Assembly: GCA_951406725.2 (NCBI GenBank)
Contig: OX597833.1
Location: 12,958,001 to 13,022,000, forward strand
Origin: Octopus vulgaris
Taxonomy: Eukaryota
Direction of reading: 5' to 3'
DNA length: 64,000 bases
Under the pieces are notes generated by a model that ran no database searches, was not told the origin of the DNA, and saw nothing but the letters and a program-made list of their open reading frames with translations. The translations under genes and the position numbers were made by a program. This document shows positions 38,752 through 52,479 of the stretch, piece by piece. Each line of letters opens with the position of its first letter. Within the stretch, counting starts at the first letter, position 1.

Positions 38752-39460
38752 TACACTCACACACTCACGCACACACTCACACACGCACACGCACACTCAG
38801 ACACACACTCACACATACATACGCATACACTCACAAACACAGACTCACACTCACACACACACTCACACACACACTCACACTACACTCACACACTCACGCA
38901 CACACTCACACACACACACTCACATACACTCACACACTCACGCACACACTCACACACGCACACGCACACTCAGACACACACTCACACATACATACGCATA
39001 CACTCACACACACAGACTCACACTCGCACACACACACTCACACACATACACTCATACACTCACACACTCACACACACACACACACACACACATACACTCA
39101 CACACTCACACACACACACACACACACACACTCAGACACACACTCACACATACATACGCATACACTCACACACACAGACTCACACTCGCACACACACACT
39201 CACACACATACACTCATACACTCACACACTCACGCACACACTCACACACACACACTCACATACACTCACACACTCACGCACACACTCACACACGCACACG
39301 CACACTCAGACACACACTCACACATACACATACATACAATCACACACACTCTCACATACACACTCACACATACACACTCACACACACATTCACTCACACA
39401 CACTCACACACTCACTCCCACATACTCACACACATACACACAAACACACACACATGCATA
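38520..39460. repeat. compound (CA/CT)n low-complexity tract with higher-order repeats
   Basis: CACTCAGACACACACTCACACATACA block recurs four times. Confidence 0.9.
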
Positions 39461-39945
39461 CAGGAGTGTTATTACTTATTGAATAATTAGCATAGATTTC
39501 CATATATCTTCACTTTTATGAACTCTTATAGACACAACAAATGCTATACGTATAGGTTACCATACTCACTATCAAACAGCAAAGCGTAAAATAAATTAAT
39601 GCTAAAATATGCATATTTTCCTCTCAAAACAAAACTACTTCTTTGGAAATGTTCACATGAGAATATCAGCTTAAATGGTAGGTTATGTCTACTAATGGTA
39701 TTATTCGCTGTTTATTCGGAAATGCTACTCACAAACGTTTTCTCTGAAAGTTTAATTTTGAAAGGAAATGGTAGTAGATCTATTCACATGTCACAACACG
39801 CATGCGCGCTCACATTAATAAATTCGCTTAGCTAAATTCTCAGCGTAATCATATACAGACATACATATGAAAACATATTGGTAGATAAGTAATTTGATAT
39901 ATGGATACGTAAGTAGTGGTATAACTACGTATACATATATGTGCT

Positions 39946-40021
<76 letters not shown>

Positions 40022-40137
40022 GATTCAGATGAATGTGGTACTTAAGTTGAGGTACCAGAATTTAGTATGGTATTATCCATGCAATTTAAAATAAGGTGAT
40101 TATAATCAAAATAAGCAACAAGGATATCCAGAGGTAA

Positions 40138-40224
40138 TGCAGTACGTTCGTTTCATGCGACTCCATTTAATTGAACAATGCAAACATTACATCAATTTAA
40201 AATGTAGACCAATCTTCAGCTGCA
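40138..40224 (-). ncRNA. decayed hammerhead motif with long stem II
   Basis: UGCAG-CUGAAGA..GAAA-CGAACG-UA-CUGCA; stem I perfect, base of stem II disrupted. Confidence 0.5.
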
Positions 40225-40379
40225 CAAAAAACATAGAATTTGATTAAATTTGAAGGACACATTAATATAATTTTATCCAAAATCTCCAAGAGGATAAGGA
40301 GTTAGACAAAGAACATGTTTTACCAACAACATCACAGTTTTAACGTAAAAAAAACCCAACAGACGAAGTTGACAATATT

Positions 40380-40560
40380 GAGACTTATGAGTGAAAAGAA
40401 TATTGGTGGACCTTACAAAATTAAATAGTCACCAAGTTAAACCAAAACCGGATAAATATATTTGTGTGGGACCACAAGAAACAAAATGTTCTGTTGTGGA
40501 AATAAGCTGCCCTCTGACCTCCACCAATGTAGTGAGAAAAAATACACAAAGTGGACATCC
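40380..40560 (+). pseudogene. restriction-like endonuclease remnant of an R2-group non-LTR element
   Basis: KPD..VWDHKK..CSVVEISCP..NV across frameshifts (PD-(D/E)xK-type signature). Confidence 0.5.
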
Positions 40561-41029
40561 GAGAACCATTGCAAATCCAGTAACAGCAACAGGATATGTA
40601 CCAACGCACGGGGAGCAAAGCATGAAGAGATGATGCAACTCCATTCATCCACTAAAAAATGATCACGCTTAGAATTATGAAGTCTACAACTTACCCGTTG
40701 ACAATCGAAATTAAAAATTTAATGCTTTTGTTTTTACTATTTTCAGCGCGAAATCCATGGAGCAACGTACCTGCATAATTTTTGGTGCTTTTTATTATGT
40801 TTGAGTGGTAAAATTAGTACTTTTCCATTAAAGAGATGTTAGAATTTTATTCGGAATTTTCTATCCAAAATTCCGGCTAGAAAATTTTGTAGCAAGAAAA
40901 ACTGTTTTCCTAATCTTTATTTAGTAAATGGTTTCTGAAGTGCAAAAAAAAAAAAGAAAAAGAAAAAGAAAACAACAGACAAAGAAAGAAAAAAATTGAA
41001 GTAGGAACACAAGACACTACTAAATTATT

Positions 41030-41700
41030 GAATGATCTTTAGCATCCCATTGCTTCCCCCAGTTCAATGATTATAATGTCAGGAGAGAAGCCAAATGAAA
41101 ATGATTCAGTGCAGGATTATTTAGATCCAAAGACAAATCTTGGTTATCAATTTGAGGAGAAAATCTCAGAGTGTAAATTTATTGATCTAATTTATTGAGA
41201 TAAGAGACCGATGTATAAAATTTGTTGTGGACGTTTTAAAGGCAAATTAAATTGCATCTTCCAGATAATTTTACAGTCAATGAGTTATTTTAGTGTAACA
41301 GAAACTCTCAGTCCGATAAATCCTGGAATTATAGACCTTTCAACGCATTCTACTGAAAATTCAGAGATTCGGATCAAATTGATTGTCAATGGAAAAATTT
41401 GGACAATGTACAATGTGCATAGATTTCCGACACAATTTCTTTCTGGATTGAAGTATCATCGTATAGGGATTCGGATGGAGGGAAAAAGTCCATTTGAACA
41501 TTTGTCTAAATTGGCTTTAACACTTCTCAACTTATGTTGATCAGAAGAGAATTTTATAGAATCAAATGAGAGTAACCGTCTAAGCAGAGAAACACTAAAA
41601 GATATTAAAGAAGACTGGATCAACGGACGCTTATAAATCATGTGAAACTGCAGGTTCTGCACCAAAAGAAACTGATCGGTAAATCTTCCAAAATATTATG
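41030..41700 (+). pseudogene. hAT-family transposase C-terminal remnant
   Basis: DYLDPKTNLGYQFE, IRDRCIKFV, LPDNF, EGKSPFEHLSKLALTLLNL and NRLSRETL (hATC dimerisation-like) across frameshifts. Confidence 0.62.
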
Positions 41701-41745
41701 AGGTAAAAAATTAAATTTATTTGATTTAATTTAAATTATTTAGAA

Positions 41746-41951
41746 TTACGGAGATGTACTCGCATAGCAAGTGATTTGATCTGAGATCGTGTGCTGGAAC
41801 GAAAACAATTGCAGCGTGGAAGGTGTTTGTAAGTCATTTAAGAAACACACAAAAGCTGTTCGATTCACTTCAACATTTAAGTTTAATTTGTCAAAATATT
41901 TTCGTCGCTAAAATCCGCGACCTCTTCACTGACAAAAATCCGTGCTGCATA
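41746..41951 (-). mobile_element. Penelope-like fragment (family E), second copy
   Basis: Reverse complement of 17392-17597; hammerhead fold at 41887-41936 with core GUGAAGA. Confidence 0.75.
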
Positions 41952-42257
41952 TTTAGAATTGAAATTTCAATATAATCTTTTGATATTTATACATGTTTAT
42001 GTGTATTTTTTTACGACAGCTTAAAGGCATTGTAAGTGCCTTTAAGCTGTCGATATTAGTACTTTTAAAATCTAGAACTGGTAACCCTGGTTTCCTGATT
42101 TTTAGACTGCAGGTGCTTGGTGGTGACCTCTTGTTCTGGAATTGCAAGAAAATTGCCTTGGAACCGACGTGTCATAAACTTGTCGCTACTCAATTCCAAG
42201 CTTTTGATATGATCTATTCAGTTTGCGGCTTGTTTCTTTCGTGCCAAGTACCTTTGT

Positions 42258-42582
42258 GAGGGCGCATGGATCAGTGGTTAGAACGTCGGGTTCACAATCA
42301 CGAGGTAGTGAGTTCGATTCCTGAACCAGGCTGTGTGTTGTGTTCTTGAGCAAGACATTTCATTTCACGTTGCTCCAGTTCACTCAACTGTAGAAATGAG
42401 TTGCGTCGTCACTGGTTCCAAGTTGTATCGACCCCTTTGCCTTTCCCTTGGCGTGAAGAGGGGAGGCTGGTATTCTTGGGAAACTGCTGGTCTTCCATAA
42501 ACAAACTTGCCTGGACTTGGGCTTCGAACGGGAACTTTGTACATGTATTCCCATGGTTAATCATGACCGAAGGGGCTCTCTA
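42258..42582 (+). mobile_element. tRNA-derived CORE-like SINE (family F)
   Basis: TGGATCAGTGG A-box, GAGTTCGATTCC B-box, TTGTGTTCTTGAGCAAGACA core, distinct 3' part. Confidence 0.8.
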
Positions 42583-42898
42583 CCTTCAACTCGTGCACGA
42601 CCTTCTCAAAGACCTGGTCCATTTTTTTAGAGATTTCGTCCTAATAAATAGAATTCACCAATGATAGAATAGGCACAGAATAGGTGTTGTAGCAAATATG
42701 CTTGAACGGAGATTTCAAGTGACCATGTTCCTTCAGCTCTCTTCAGGTACACCATTCCTCATCCTCTGCCTATTGACGGCTCCATCATAGCAGGTATTTT
42801 CCTCCTGTTTCCTCTTGTCGCATATTGTAGGGAAACTACATGTTACCCCGGATTTCAAAGCCCATATTTGCATGTTGTTCATGGGTACCGTATCGGAT

Positions 42899-43222
42899 GA
42901 CGGCGCGTGGCTTAGTGGTTAGGGTATTCGACTCACGATTGTAAGGTCGTGAGTTCGATTCCCGGCGATGCGTTGTGTCCTTGAGCTAGACACTCCATTT
43001 CACCTTGCTCCAGTCCACTCCGCTGACAAAAATGAGATGTACCTGTATTTCAAAGGGCCGGCTTCGTCACACTCTGTGTCACGCTGAATCTCCCCAAGAA
43101 CTACGTTAGGGGTACGCGTGTCTGTGGGTTGCTCAGTCACTTGCACCTTAATTCCACGAGCAGGCTGTTCCGTTGATCGTATCAGCTGGGACCCTCGTCG
43201 TCGTAACCGACGGAGTGTTCCA
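42899..43222 (+). mobile_element. chimeric SINE: CORE-type head plus family C tail
   Basis: Head matches 26735-27082; from TGTACCTGTATTTCAAAGGG onward it matches family C. Confidence 0.85.
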
Positions 43223-43491
43223 ATCGGATGAGAGCACAAGTTTTCACGTTTTACCGCCAAAAATGCATACCTACATCCCCACCCCACACAAACACACACT
43301 TGCGCGCGCACACGCACTCTCATAATTTCCGTTAAGGTAAGAAAAAAAGTACTTCGCCCAGTGAGAGATAAATATTATTTAATGCACATAGCGTACAGTT
43401 ACGAGCTACTAACAGTTTCGTGCATTGGAGTTATAACCTAGGCAAGGTTCAATAACACATCTTCAAGCAGCAAGCAGTCTCTGACTCTGAG

Positions 43492-43572
<81 letters not shown>

Positions 43573-43721
43573 TGTGTGTGTGTGTGTGTGCATATGTGTG
43601 TATATGTGTGTAAATGTGTGTGTGTGTGTCTGTACCTGTGTCAGTGTGAATGCATGAATACATACATTGTGTGTGAGAGAGATAAAGAGAAAGAGAAAGA
43701 AAGAAAGACAGACAGACAGTC

Positions 43722-43759
<38 letters not shown>

Positions 43760-43760
43760 G

Positions 43761-43872
<112 letters not shown>

Positions 43873-44606
43873 AATAGCAATAGCATCAACTGGATTTTCT
43901 CTTCTAGTTAGAGAAAGACGAAAGATCAAGTGTCGTCCATTAGTGACTCAGAAATAAAAGAAGAGATTATTTCAGTAATCCGAGATTTAATTTTGCTTTA
44001 TGCAAATTACTGCTCGTCAAAAATTATTCGTTACTATTTATATTTTTTGTAAAAACCTCTTTTAACAAATCGAGCGAATTTTCGTTGCATATGGCTTGCT
44101 GACGCGGTCCAAAAATGAGCAAAATATATCCTTACTGACATGGTCTCTGCTATCAAAAATCAAACTTCTCCTTAACCACGAAAGTAATAAAAAGATATTC
44201 TAATTGTTAAGTTATGAAATTATTTCTCTCTTTTTCTTTTTGTGAGTCATTAACAAATGCCACAAGGTATTTATCTTCTGTCTCTAATCAAAAAGAAAAT
44301 TTCAGTATATATAGAATTGTTTGCGTACGTCATCCAGTGCATCCATTTCTATTTTTATAGCATCTTCACTCGTTCAATTTTGCCATTATACTACCTTAAC
44401 GTCATTGTGCAGCTCCATTGTAATAATTTTTTATGTTTCATTGTCATCGTAAATGGCTTTCAGAGTTCGTTTCGTTCTCGTCATTGTCTTCTCCTAAAGT
44501 TATCGTCTGCTCCCAGTGGATACGTTAACAGCCATTTTACGTCAGAAAGCTGCAGTCGAATGAAAATTAGAGCGTGTGTATTCAAACACGCACACTCACT
44601 CATTGC

Positions 44607-44657
<51 letters not shown>

Positions 44658-44737
44658 CTCTCATATTTTTATATTTTTATGTATATGCATGTATATATAT
44701 ATTTATAAAATACATATATACAATATATGTTTGTATG

Positions 44738-44800
<63 letters not shown>

Positions 44801-44950
44801 GTCTATATACATATATACGTAATACATTTATATGTAATATATAGATTTTAATAATAAATATATGCTCACATACAGATACGTAAAGAATTGCATTTTTATT
44901 AATTATTCACAAACGCACACTTATATTTGAATTTATATACACTCGTATAC

Positions 44951-45062
<112 letters not shown>

Positions 45063-46632
45063 TGTCAATCCATGTGTGTATGTTTGTATGTGCACATGTG
45101 CGTTGTGTATACATATATTTCTCTCTTTCTTCATGCATACATACATGCTTGCATACATATATACATGCATACATACATACACATAAGCAAACACACACAC
45201 ACATACGCACATACAAACACACACATACATATATTTGTTGGATCTACAGTATCTTCTGGCTTGCGTCTCGGCGTCTTCCGAAGGAAAGTTAGAAATTCAT
45301 GCAATAAGCATTGAGTGGAGCCAACGTACACTGTAGTGCTAGAATAACTCGATGGAGTGTCCAGGAGGAGGAGGGAAAGATAAAACTACAACTTCTGGTC
45401 ACTCCATGGAGTGAAACCGGTGATGCAAAGATACGACCTTTACATATTTAAGTGACGTATTTCGTCTCTTAGATTACCAGGACGTACTAAATCGATGAAA
45501 TACTCGCCATGTTACTGGCAGACTTAAAAACCTGAATGCTTTACTATAAAAAGAAATTGCAACTGATCAAGAACCGAAATATATGCTCTTCCTGATTCAG
45601 CAATGGAAAGATCTCTAATGCTAGAAAGATAAGATAGGAAACACGACTCACACCTTTACAAAGGGAAAAGTGATATTAAAATATAAGCACAAGGTCAGGA
45701 ATTTCGAATGGGGATAATAACACGATACTATTCACTCCAGAAGGATGATATGCAAAGCTATCTCCAGCGAGATTTGAACCCACAACGTCATGAAACTCCA
45801 GTCATGAAAATTCTGCTGTTAAACTTGTCTAAATTAGAAACCACCTTTCTTTACCTTTCATCCAACTGGTGTTGATAAAAATAAAGCAACAGTTTAATCG
45901 TGAAATCGTTTTAGTCGACCTCCCAACAACCTCAAATTTCAAATTTCAGACAAATTTCAGACATTTTGAGAAACAGTTTAACAGCAGACGATCGATACAA
46001 ACGTGGATTGCAGGATATGTTTCGAAGTATTTCTTCCAGCTCTTCACACTCTGAGTTCAATTCGCATCGAGGTCAACTTTCCCTTTCATCCATCAGGCAG
46101 ATGATAAAATAATGTACCAGTCATGTACTGGGTCGAAGATATCGCTTTAATACTTCTCCTCATAACTGTTGACCTTGTGCCTAAATCAGAAATTATAAGG
46201 CAGCGAGCTAGTACATTCGTGCATTTGATTGCCGGAAAAAATGCTATAAGGTATTTGTTTCGGTTCTTCACGTTGTGGGTTCAAGTCTCGCTGGAGATAG
46301 CTTTGCATATCATCCTTCTGGAGTCCACTCCAACACTGGAGTGAATAGTATCGTGTTATTATCCCCATTCGAAATTCCTGACCTTGTGCTTAACTCAGAA
46401 ACTATTATTTTTTTTATTTCCTGGTATTATTATTATTATTGTTGTTGTTGTTGTTGTTGTTGCTGCTGTTATTTACTTTTATTCTCCATGTTTGTTATAA
46501 TCACTAGCCGAGACATACACAACGTCCTAGGGTGAGTGAAGGATAGGAGATGTTACAGTATGACCGAAAGCTTGGGGAGGGGAAGTAGCAGGGGCAGTGG
46601 CGAAATATCTTCATGTAATACAGCACAGACTT

Positions 46633-47120
46633 TTAAATTGATAGGGTTTTTCTAAAGATGTGGGCAGTACTTGTCAGCACAATCTTTTGGATTTCTCTGA
46701 GACATGGTTCTCCTGGGATATTATCTAGATGTTTCTGACATCCCTTTCTTATTATAACTAGAGCACTCACAATAACAGGAACAGTTCTCGCTTTAAGATG
46801 CCACTTGTTTTGTATTTCAATTTCCAGGTCCTTATATTTACTTAATTTGCCAAATTCCGTTACAGATATATTTTATCAGTAGGATCACTTACATATATTA
46901 ATCTACAAGTATTTCCGTCTTTGTCTTTATGACCATGTCTGGTCGATTATCCTGGATCGTTCTGTCGGTGTTCACTGGAAAATTCCGGAGGATAGTGACA
47001 TTTTTACCTTCAACGACTGGCTCAGGTTGATGTTCATACCAGTAAGCAGGAATGCTGATGTTGTAGTGCTTACATATTTTCCACTGTAAATACTGTCCTA
47101 CCCTATCGTGGCGATTTTAG
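46633..47120 (-). pseudogene. R4/Dong-clade non-LTR element, C-terminal RLE domain
   Basis: RHDRVGQYLQWKICKHY..WYEHQPEPVVE..TDRTIQDNRPD..KLSKYKDLEIEI..W..VPVIVSAL..IQKIVLTSTAHIFRKTLSI*; the 3' side runs into (AAC)n(AAT)n at about 46425-46470. Confidence 0.88.
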
Positions 47121-47751
47121 GGGAATGGGGTCAGCCGATTAGATTACATATTTATTCGAACGCAAGTATGCTAATCGCTGTTGAGCTCGTCACAGAACAA
47201 CTTCTCCTTTACGATAACTATATATTCCTAACACACTCGATTCATTCACAAGTGTTTCAACATGTTATGTCACGTTAGCCAAAAGAACTCGGGCTATTGA
47301 ATCTAAAAAGAGACGATGCTCTTGATTATAATTTCAGCAAACAAACTATTTGCTGATTAATTCTAATCTTTGCCAACCAATAAAATATTGTTCTACGCAC
47401 GGTGGACAACAAGATCCAAAACGATGTCTTGTGTATATTTATTACATTGTGGCAGATTCGAACGCAGATACAGTAATCGCTGCTGTACTCGCCACAGTAG
47501 AACAGCTTCTCCTTTACAATGGTTATGTGTCCATAACACTCTAGATACATCAGTACAAGAGATTTCGAGGCACCGGTCTTTCGACTTGCGTTCGAATTTT
47601 CCGGGACGTATTAAGAATATATACACAACTCCTCAGTTCTAATCTCGCTGTTCACTCTACACAGAACAATTTATCAACACAAGAATTATCTACCGTAGAA
47701 TAAAAGAGGGAAATTCATCATGGGAGTCTTATATTATTCATGCACCTATTT

Positions 47752-47918
47752 CAAGCCTAGCCAGGCTCATGGGCCCGGTTTCCCGGTTTCTGTGGCGTAT
47801 GTTTTCTCCCCAGCTGGACGGGACGCCAGTCCATTGCAGCGTTACTCAAGAAACAGGAAGAAAGAGTGAGAGAAAGTTTGGGACGAAAGAGTACAACAGG
47901 GGCCGCTACCACCCCCTG
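47752..47918 (-). mobile_element. SINE fragment: family C body plus V-like domain and G tail
   Basis: Homology to both family C (CTTTCTCTCACTCT..CCTGTTTC) and the family G 3' end. Confidence 0.75.
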
Positions 47919-48674
47919 ACTCCAGGGAGTCATATATGCACAAGATGAAATATAACAATGTTGTGTAGGTTTGTGCTAAACACGAGAGTTCTTCGGATAG
48001 CGGTCCTGTTCCACCGATTTCATGGCCATTAGATTAAACTGGTTACCATATGGATTAATTGGATTCTACTTCAGCGTTTGACAAATTACAGAAGTCGATT
48101 TATTTCAAAGAATGCGGGTTAGAAATGTCATTGGAAAACAAAACCCGATAAACAAGTTACCAGTTAAATTAATAAACGACAACAATTATAAAAACAACAA
48201 TAATGATAACATCATCATCATCGCCACTACCAGCAGCAAAAACAACAACAATAACAACAACAACAATGATTACAGTAATTATCATCAATGTTGTCGTTAT
48301 TTTTGCTATTAATATAATTTACGACGTTTTGAAAACAAGATAAATGAAGTGAAATTAAAAAAATTAATAATTTGCGTAATAAAGACCACGCGAATGTTTT
48401 TCAATACAAAATTACAGTATCGATCGGTTATTATTGGAAAATTTCATTGATTGCTACAACAGCAATATGTTAACGAAAAATTGAAGAGATTTCCGATAAA
48501 AATTGCTGAAATCTAGGAGCTGTAGGGAAACGTAAATAAGTGAAATTCTGTTGAACATGCACGCACGGACACACGGACGATGTGTGTACGTGTAAGTGTA
48601 GCTGGAGTGTATAAGCAAAGTTACAAACAAATATACACTCACATGCGTATATATATATATATATATATATACAT

Positions 48675-48759
<85 letters not shown>

Positions 48760-48987
48760 TAATAATAATAATAATATTGGGGAGTAAATCCAAACTTACA
48801 GGGAAAAATTAGATATAGGATTAAATCTAATTTTATAGTATAAATATATATATTAAATTAGAGATAAAATTAAATTTTGAATTTTATATTTTATATATTT
48901 TTTATTAATTAATTTTATTTCTATGTATTGGCTTATGATTTTTCACTGTTTGATTTGCCTAATAGTGGTTTTATCTCTAATTTTATC

Positions 48988-49048
<61 letters not shown>

Positions 49049-49049
<1 letters not shown>

Positions 49050-49370
49050 TGTGATAGCCTGGGCTTCCGAGGCCCACAGCTCTTCAATATCCTCCCGAAG
49101 AACCTGAGAGACCTGCATGGGATGGATGCAGATATCTTTAAAATAAAACTGGATCTCTTCCTGTCAGGTGTCCCAGATGAACCAACTTCACGACAGGAGG
49201 TGCAGATGAGGGCAGCTGCATCGAACTTTCTCGTGCACCAAATGGCAATTGCTAAAAAGCATTCGTGAAGTAAAATCATGTAGCAACACCAAATGGCGGT
49301 GCCCCAGCATATCCACAGCTCGTGAGCTGAAACTAGATAAAATAAAATAAATAAATAAAAAATAAAATAA
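49049..49370 (+). mobile_element. 5'-truncated CR1-group LINE 3' end
   Basis: 49050-49268 reads CDSLGFRGPQLFNILPKNLRDL..FKIKLDLFLSGVPDEP..AAASN..*; short UTR with stem-loop and (TAAAA)n tail. Confidence 0.82.
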
Positions 49371-49744
49371 TATACCGATGATTAAGTAAATTGCAAAATA
49401 ATAATAAAAACGTATATATTTGGTAGAATAACAAATATATGTGGCGATGATGCTGTGTTATTCTACCAAATATATACGTTTATATTATTATTTTGCAATT
49501 TACTTAATGTTTTCATAGTTTGGTGATATCTTCTAATTATTTTCGATCTTTCTAATGCTGATTTAACTTTTGCAAGTTCAGAAGTAATAACAGATTTCTT
49601 TGAAACTGTTAAGCCACATTCACGACCCATAATTGCACGTTTATCAGACCACTCGTTCATAATTAGGAACAGAGAAAGTTAGTGGAAATCATGCAAATTG
49701 TTGCAGTATGTTTACGCTTGCGCAAAACCTCAAATCTTTTGCAT

Positions 49745-49978
49745 ACCTATTTCTTTATTACCCACAAGGGGCAAAATATAGAGGGGACAAACAAGGACAG
49801 ACAAACGGATTAAGTCGATTACATCGACCCCCGTGCGTAACTGGCACTCAATTCATCGACCCCGAAAGGATGAAAGGCAAAGTCGACCTCGGCAGAATTT
49901 GAACTCAGAACGTAGCGGCAGACGAAATACGGCTACACATTTCGCCCGGCGTGCTAACGATTCTGCCAGTTCGCCGCT
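49745..49978 (-). mobile_element. SINE family A, full monomer
   Basis: Head to tail on the minus strand. Confidence 0.9.
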
Positions 49979-50067
49979 TTCTTTTGCATAGCACGCGCAT
50001 ATAACTGTTGCCATTATTCTGAGGAAATTTCGTTGAATTCCAGCCAGTAGTTTTAAAATAAAACGAA

Positions 50068-50450
50068 CAGGCGCAGGACTCGCTGTGTGGTAAGTAGCTT
50101 GCTTGCCAATCACATGGTTCATGGTTCAGTCCCACTGCGTGGCACCTTGGGCAAGTGTCTTCAACTATAGCCTCGGGCCGACCAAAGCCTTGTGAGTGGA
50201 TCTGGTAGACGGAAACTGAAAGAAGCCCGTCGTATATATGTATATGTGTATATATGTGTGTCTGTGTTTGTGTTTGTGTTTGTCCCCCCAACATCGCTTG
50301 ACAACCGATGCTGGTGTGTTTACGTCCCCGTAACTTAGCGGTTTGGCAAAAGAGACCGATAGAATAAGTACTGGGCTCGACTAAAGGCGATGCTCCAGCA
50401 TGGCTGCAGTCAAATGACTGAAACAAGTAAAAGAGAGTAAAAAGAGAGAG
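50068..50450 (+). mobile_element. SINE family B
   Basis: Head to tail with a small internal deletion. Confidence 0.9.
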
Positions 50451-50481
50451 TGATGTTACGTCGTTAATAATTTGAAATACA

Positions 50482-50521
<40 letters not shown>

Positions 50522-50586
50522 TGTGTGTGTTTATGTATGTATGTATGAATGAATGTATGTATGTATATATACATATACATATATAG

Positions 50587-50627
<41 letters not shown>

Positions 50628-50663
50628 CAAACATACACACACAGAGACACACACACACACAGA

Positions 50664-50750
<87 letters not shown>

Positions 50751-51039
50751 AGTATAAGATATGGATTCAGAGAATGTAGTGGCTATCACATAAAGCTCCA
50801 CTAATGGACTTGGCTAACAGACTGCATAGTAATCCAATACAGAAGAGTGTAACTGGAATTCAGAAGATCCGATCAATGAAATCGTTTCATGAGGAATATA
50901 GAAACCATAATAGGTCAAGAAGTATGAGTGGTGAATCTATTGCTACATAAAGAAGGCTACTAAACGGTCGTAATCCTAAACTGTCAAGTGGTTAAAGAAG
51001 TATGTTCACCAATTATGCTCAATGACCTTTTATGGTTTA

Positions 51040-51345
51040 CTAGCAGTATCGCCCGGCGTTGCTCGGGTTTGTAAGGGAAATAACTATATAAGCATTTTTA
51101 GAGAGTTACTTCTCTTATATAACGCGAGCAAAAATCATTAAAAATGCGGAAAAATGATGGTCATTTTTTTAAAAATCGTAGACTCATCGTAGACGCGTGC
51201 TAATACCCAGAAGGGCTCGATATGAATGACCACTATAAGATACCCGCTTTTAGTTAAACTGCACCGCAAAATGTGGGAGTAGTTAGGAATCTAAGTTGGA
51301 GGAGACAGAGTCTCACACACACAGCTTCAGTTTTATATATAAAGA
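51040..51345 (-). mobile_element. non-autonomous Helitron (306 bp)
   Basis: 5' TCTTTATATATAAAAC, 3' hairpin plus CTAG, inserted between A and T. Confidence 0.92.
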
Positions 51346-51425
51346 TATATATATATGTGTGTGTGTGTATGTATATATGTATATATGTATGTATGTGTGT
51401 ATGTATGTATGTGTGTATGTATGTA

Positions 51426-51457
<32 letters not shown>

Positions 51458-51883
51458 GAGCAACAGTATCGAACAGTAAGAACGAGTGCTCAATGCCGCA
51501 TTTGGTGGATTAACAACGGTAACACGTATAACAACGATACTTAAAAAATGCATATTTCTTTCTCTGTATACCTTTTCATGTCCCACAGAGTGTCGAGTAA
51601 CCGCGTGCATATTTATCCAAAAGGGTGGGGGTGATTACTTACATTTTGGTTTTTGGTAAAATTTTTTAGAGTTGATTTGTTTTTGTTTTTTTTCTTTATT
51701 GTTGATGTTTTGAAATTTTAAAAATAAACTAGGATTAGATACCCTATTATTTTTTAGTGTAAACATTGATTTTAATTTACCTAAGTATTATGAAAATAAT
51801 TTATTAATAATTGATTGTTGTATTATTTAAAACTTAAAAGGTTTGGCGGTTTTACATATCCGGTTAGGGGAATTTGTTAATAT

Positions 51884-52294
51884 AGGCGCAGGAGTGGCTG
51901 TGTGGTAAGTAGCTTGTTTACCAGCCACATGGTTCCGGGTTCAGTCCCACTGCGTGGCACCATGAGCAAGTGTCTCTACTATAGCCTCGGGCCGACCAAA
52001 GCCTTGTGAGTGGATTTGGTAGACGGAAACTGAAAGAAGCCCGTCGTATATATGTATATATATGCGTGTGTGTGTTTGTGTGTCTGTGTTTGTCCCCCTA
52101 GCATTGCTTGACAACCTATGCTGGTGTGTTTATGTCCCCGTTACTTAGCGGTTCGGCAAAAGAGACCGATAGAATAAGTACTGGGCTTACAAAAGAATAA
52201 GTCCCGGGGTCGAGTTGCTCGATTAAAGGCGGTGCTCCAGCATGGCCGCAGTCAAATGAGTGAAACAAGTAAAAGAGTAAAAGAGTAAAAGAGT
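51884..52294 (+). mobile_element. SINE family B, full length
   Basis: Complete, with (GTAAAAGA)3 tail. Confidence 0.93.
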
Positions 52295-52479
52295 ATAGTT
52301 ATCTACGTATATAAATGTTTGTATGCATTTTTATGTTTATACGGATATGTATATGTTTATGGATGCATATGTTTATCAACATCACAATATCAAGTCCGAT
52401 GGGCTGGTGAAAAGAAAGCGAAACATCCTTTTGGGGTCCCTAATACCAAACGTATGAAAAAGAAAATGTTCGCAGAACA

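Noticed and set aside
38632-39486. 284-aa His/Thr-rich ORF and the many [12 protein letters not shown] ORFs
   Set aside because: Stop-free microsatellite translations.
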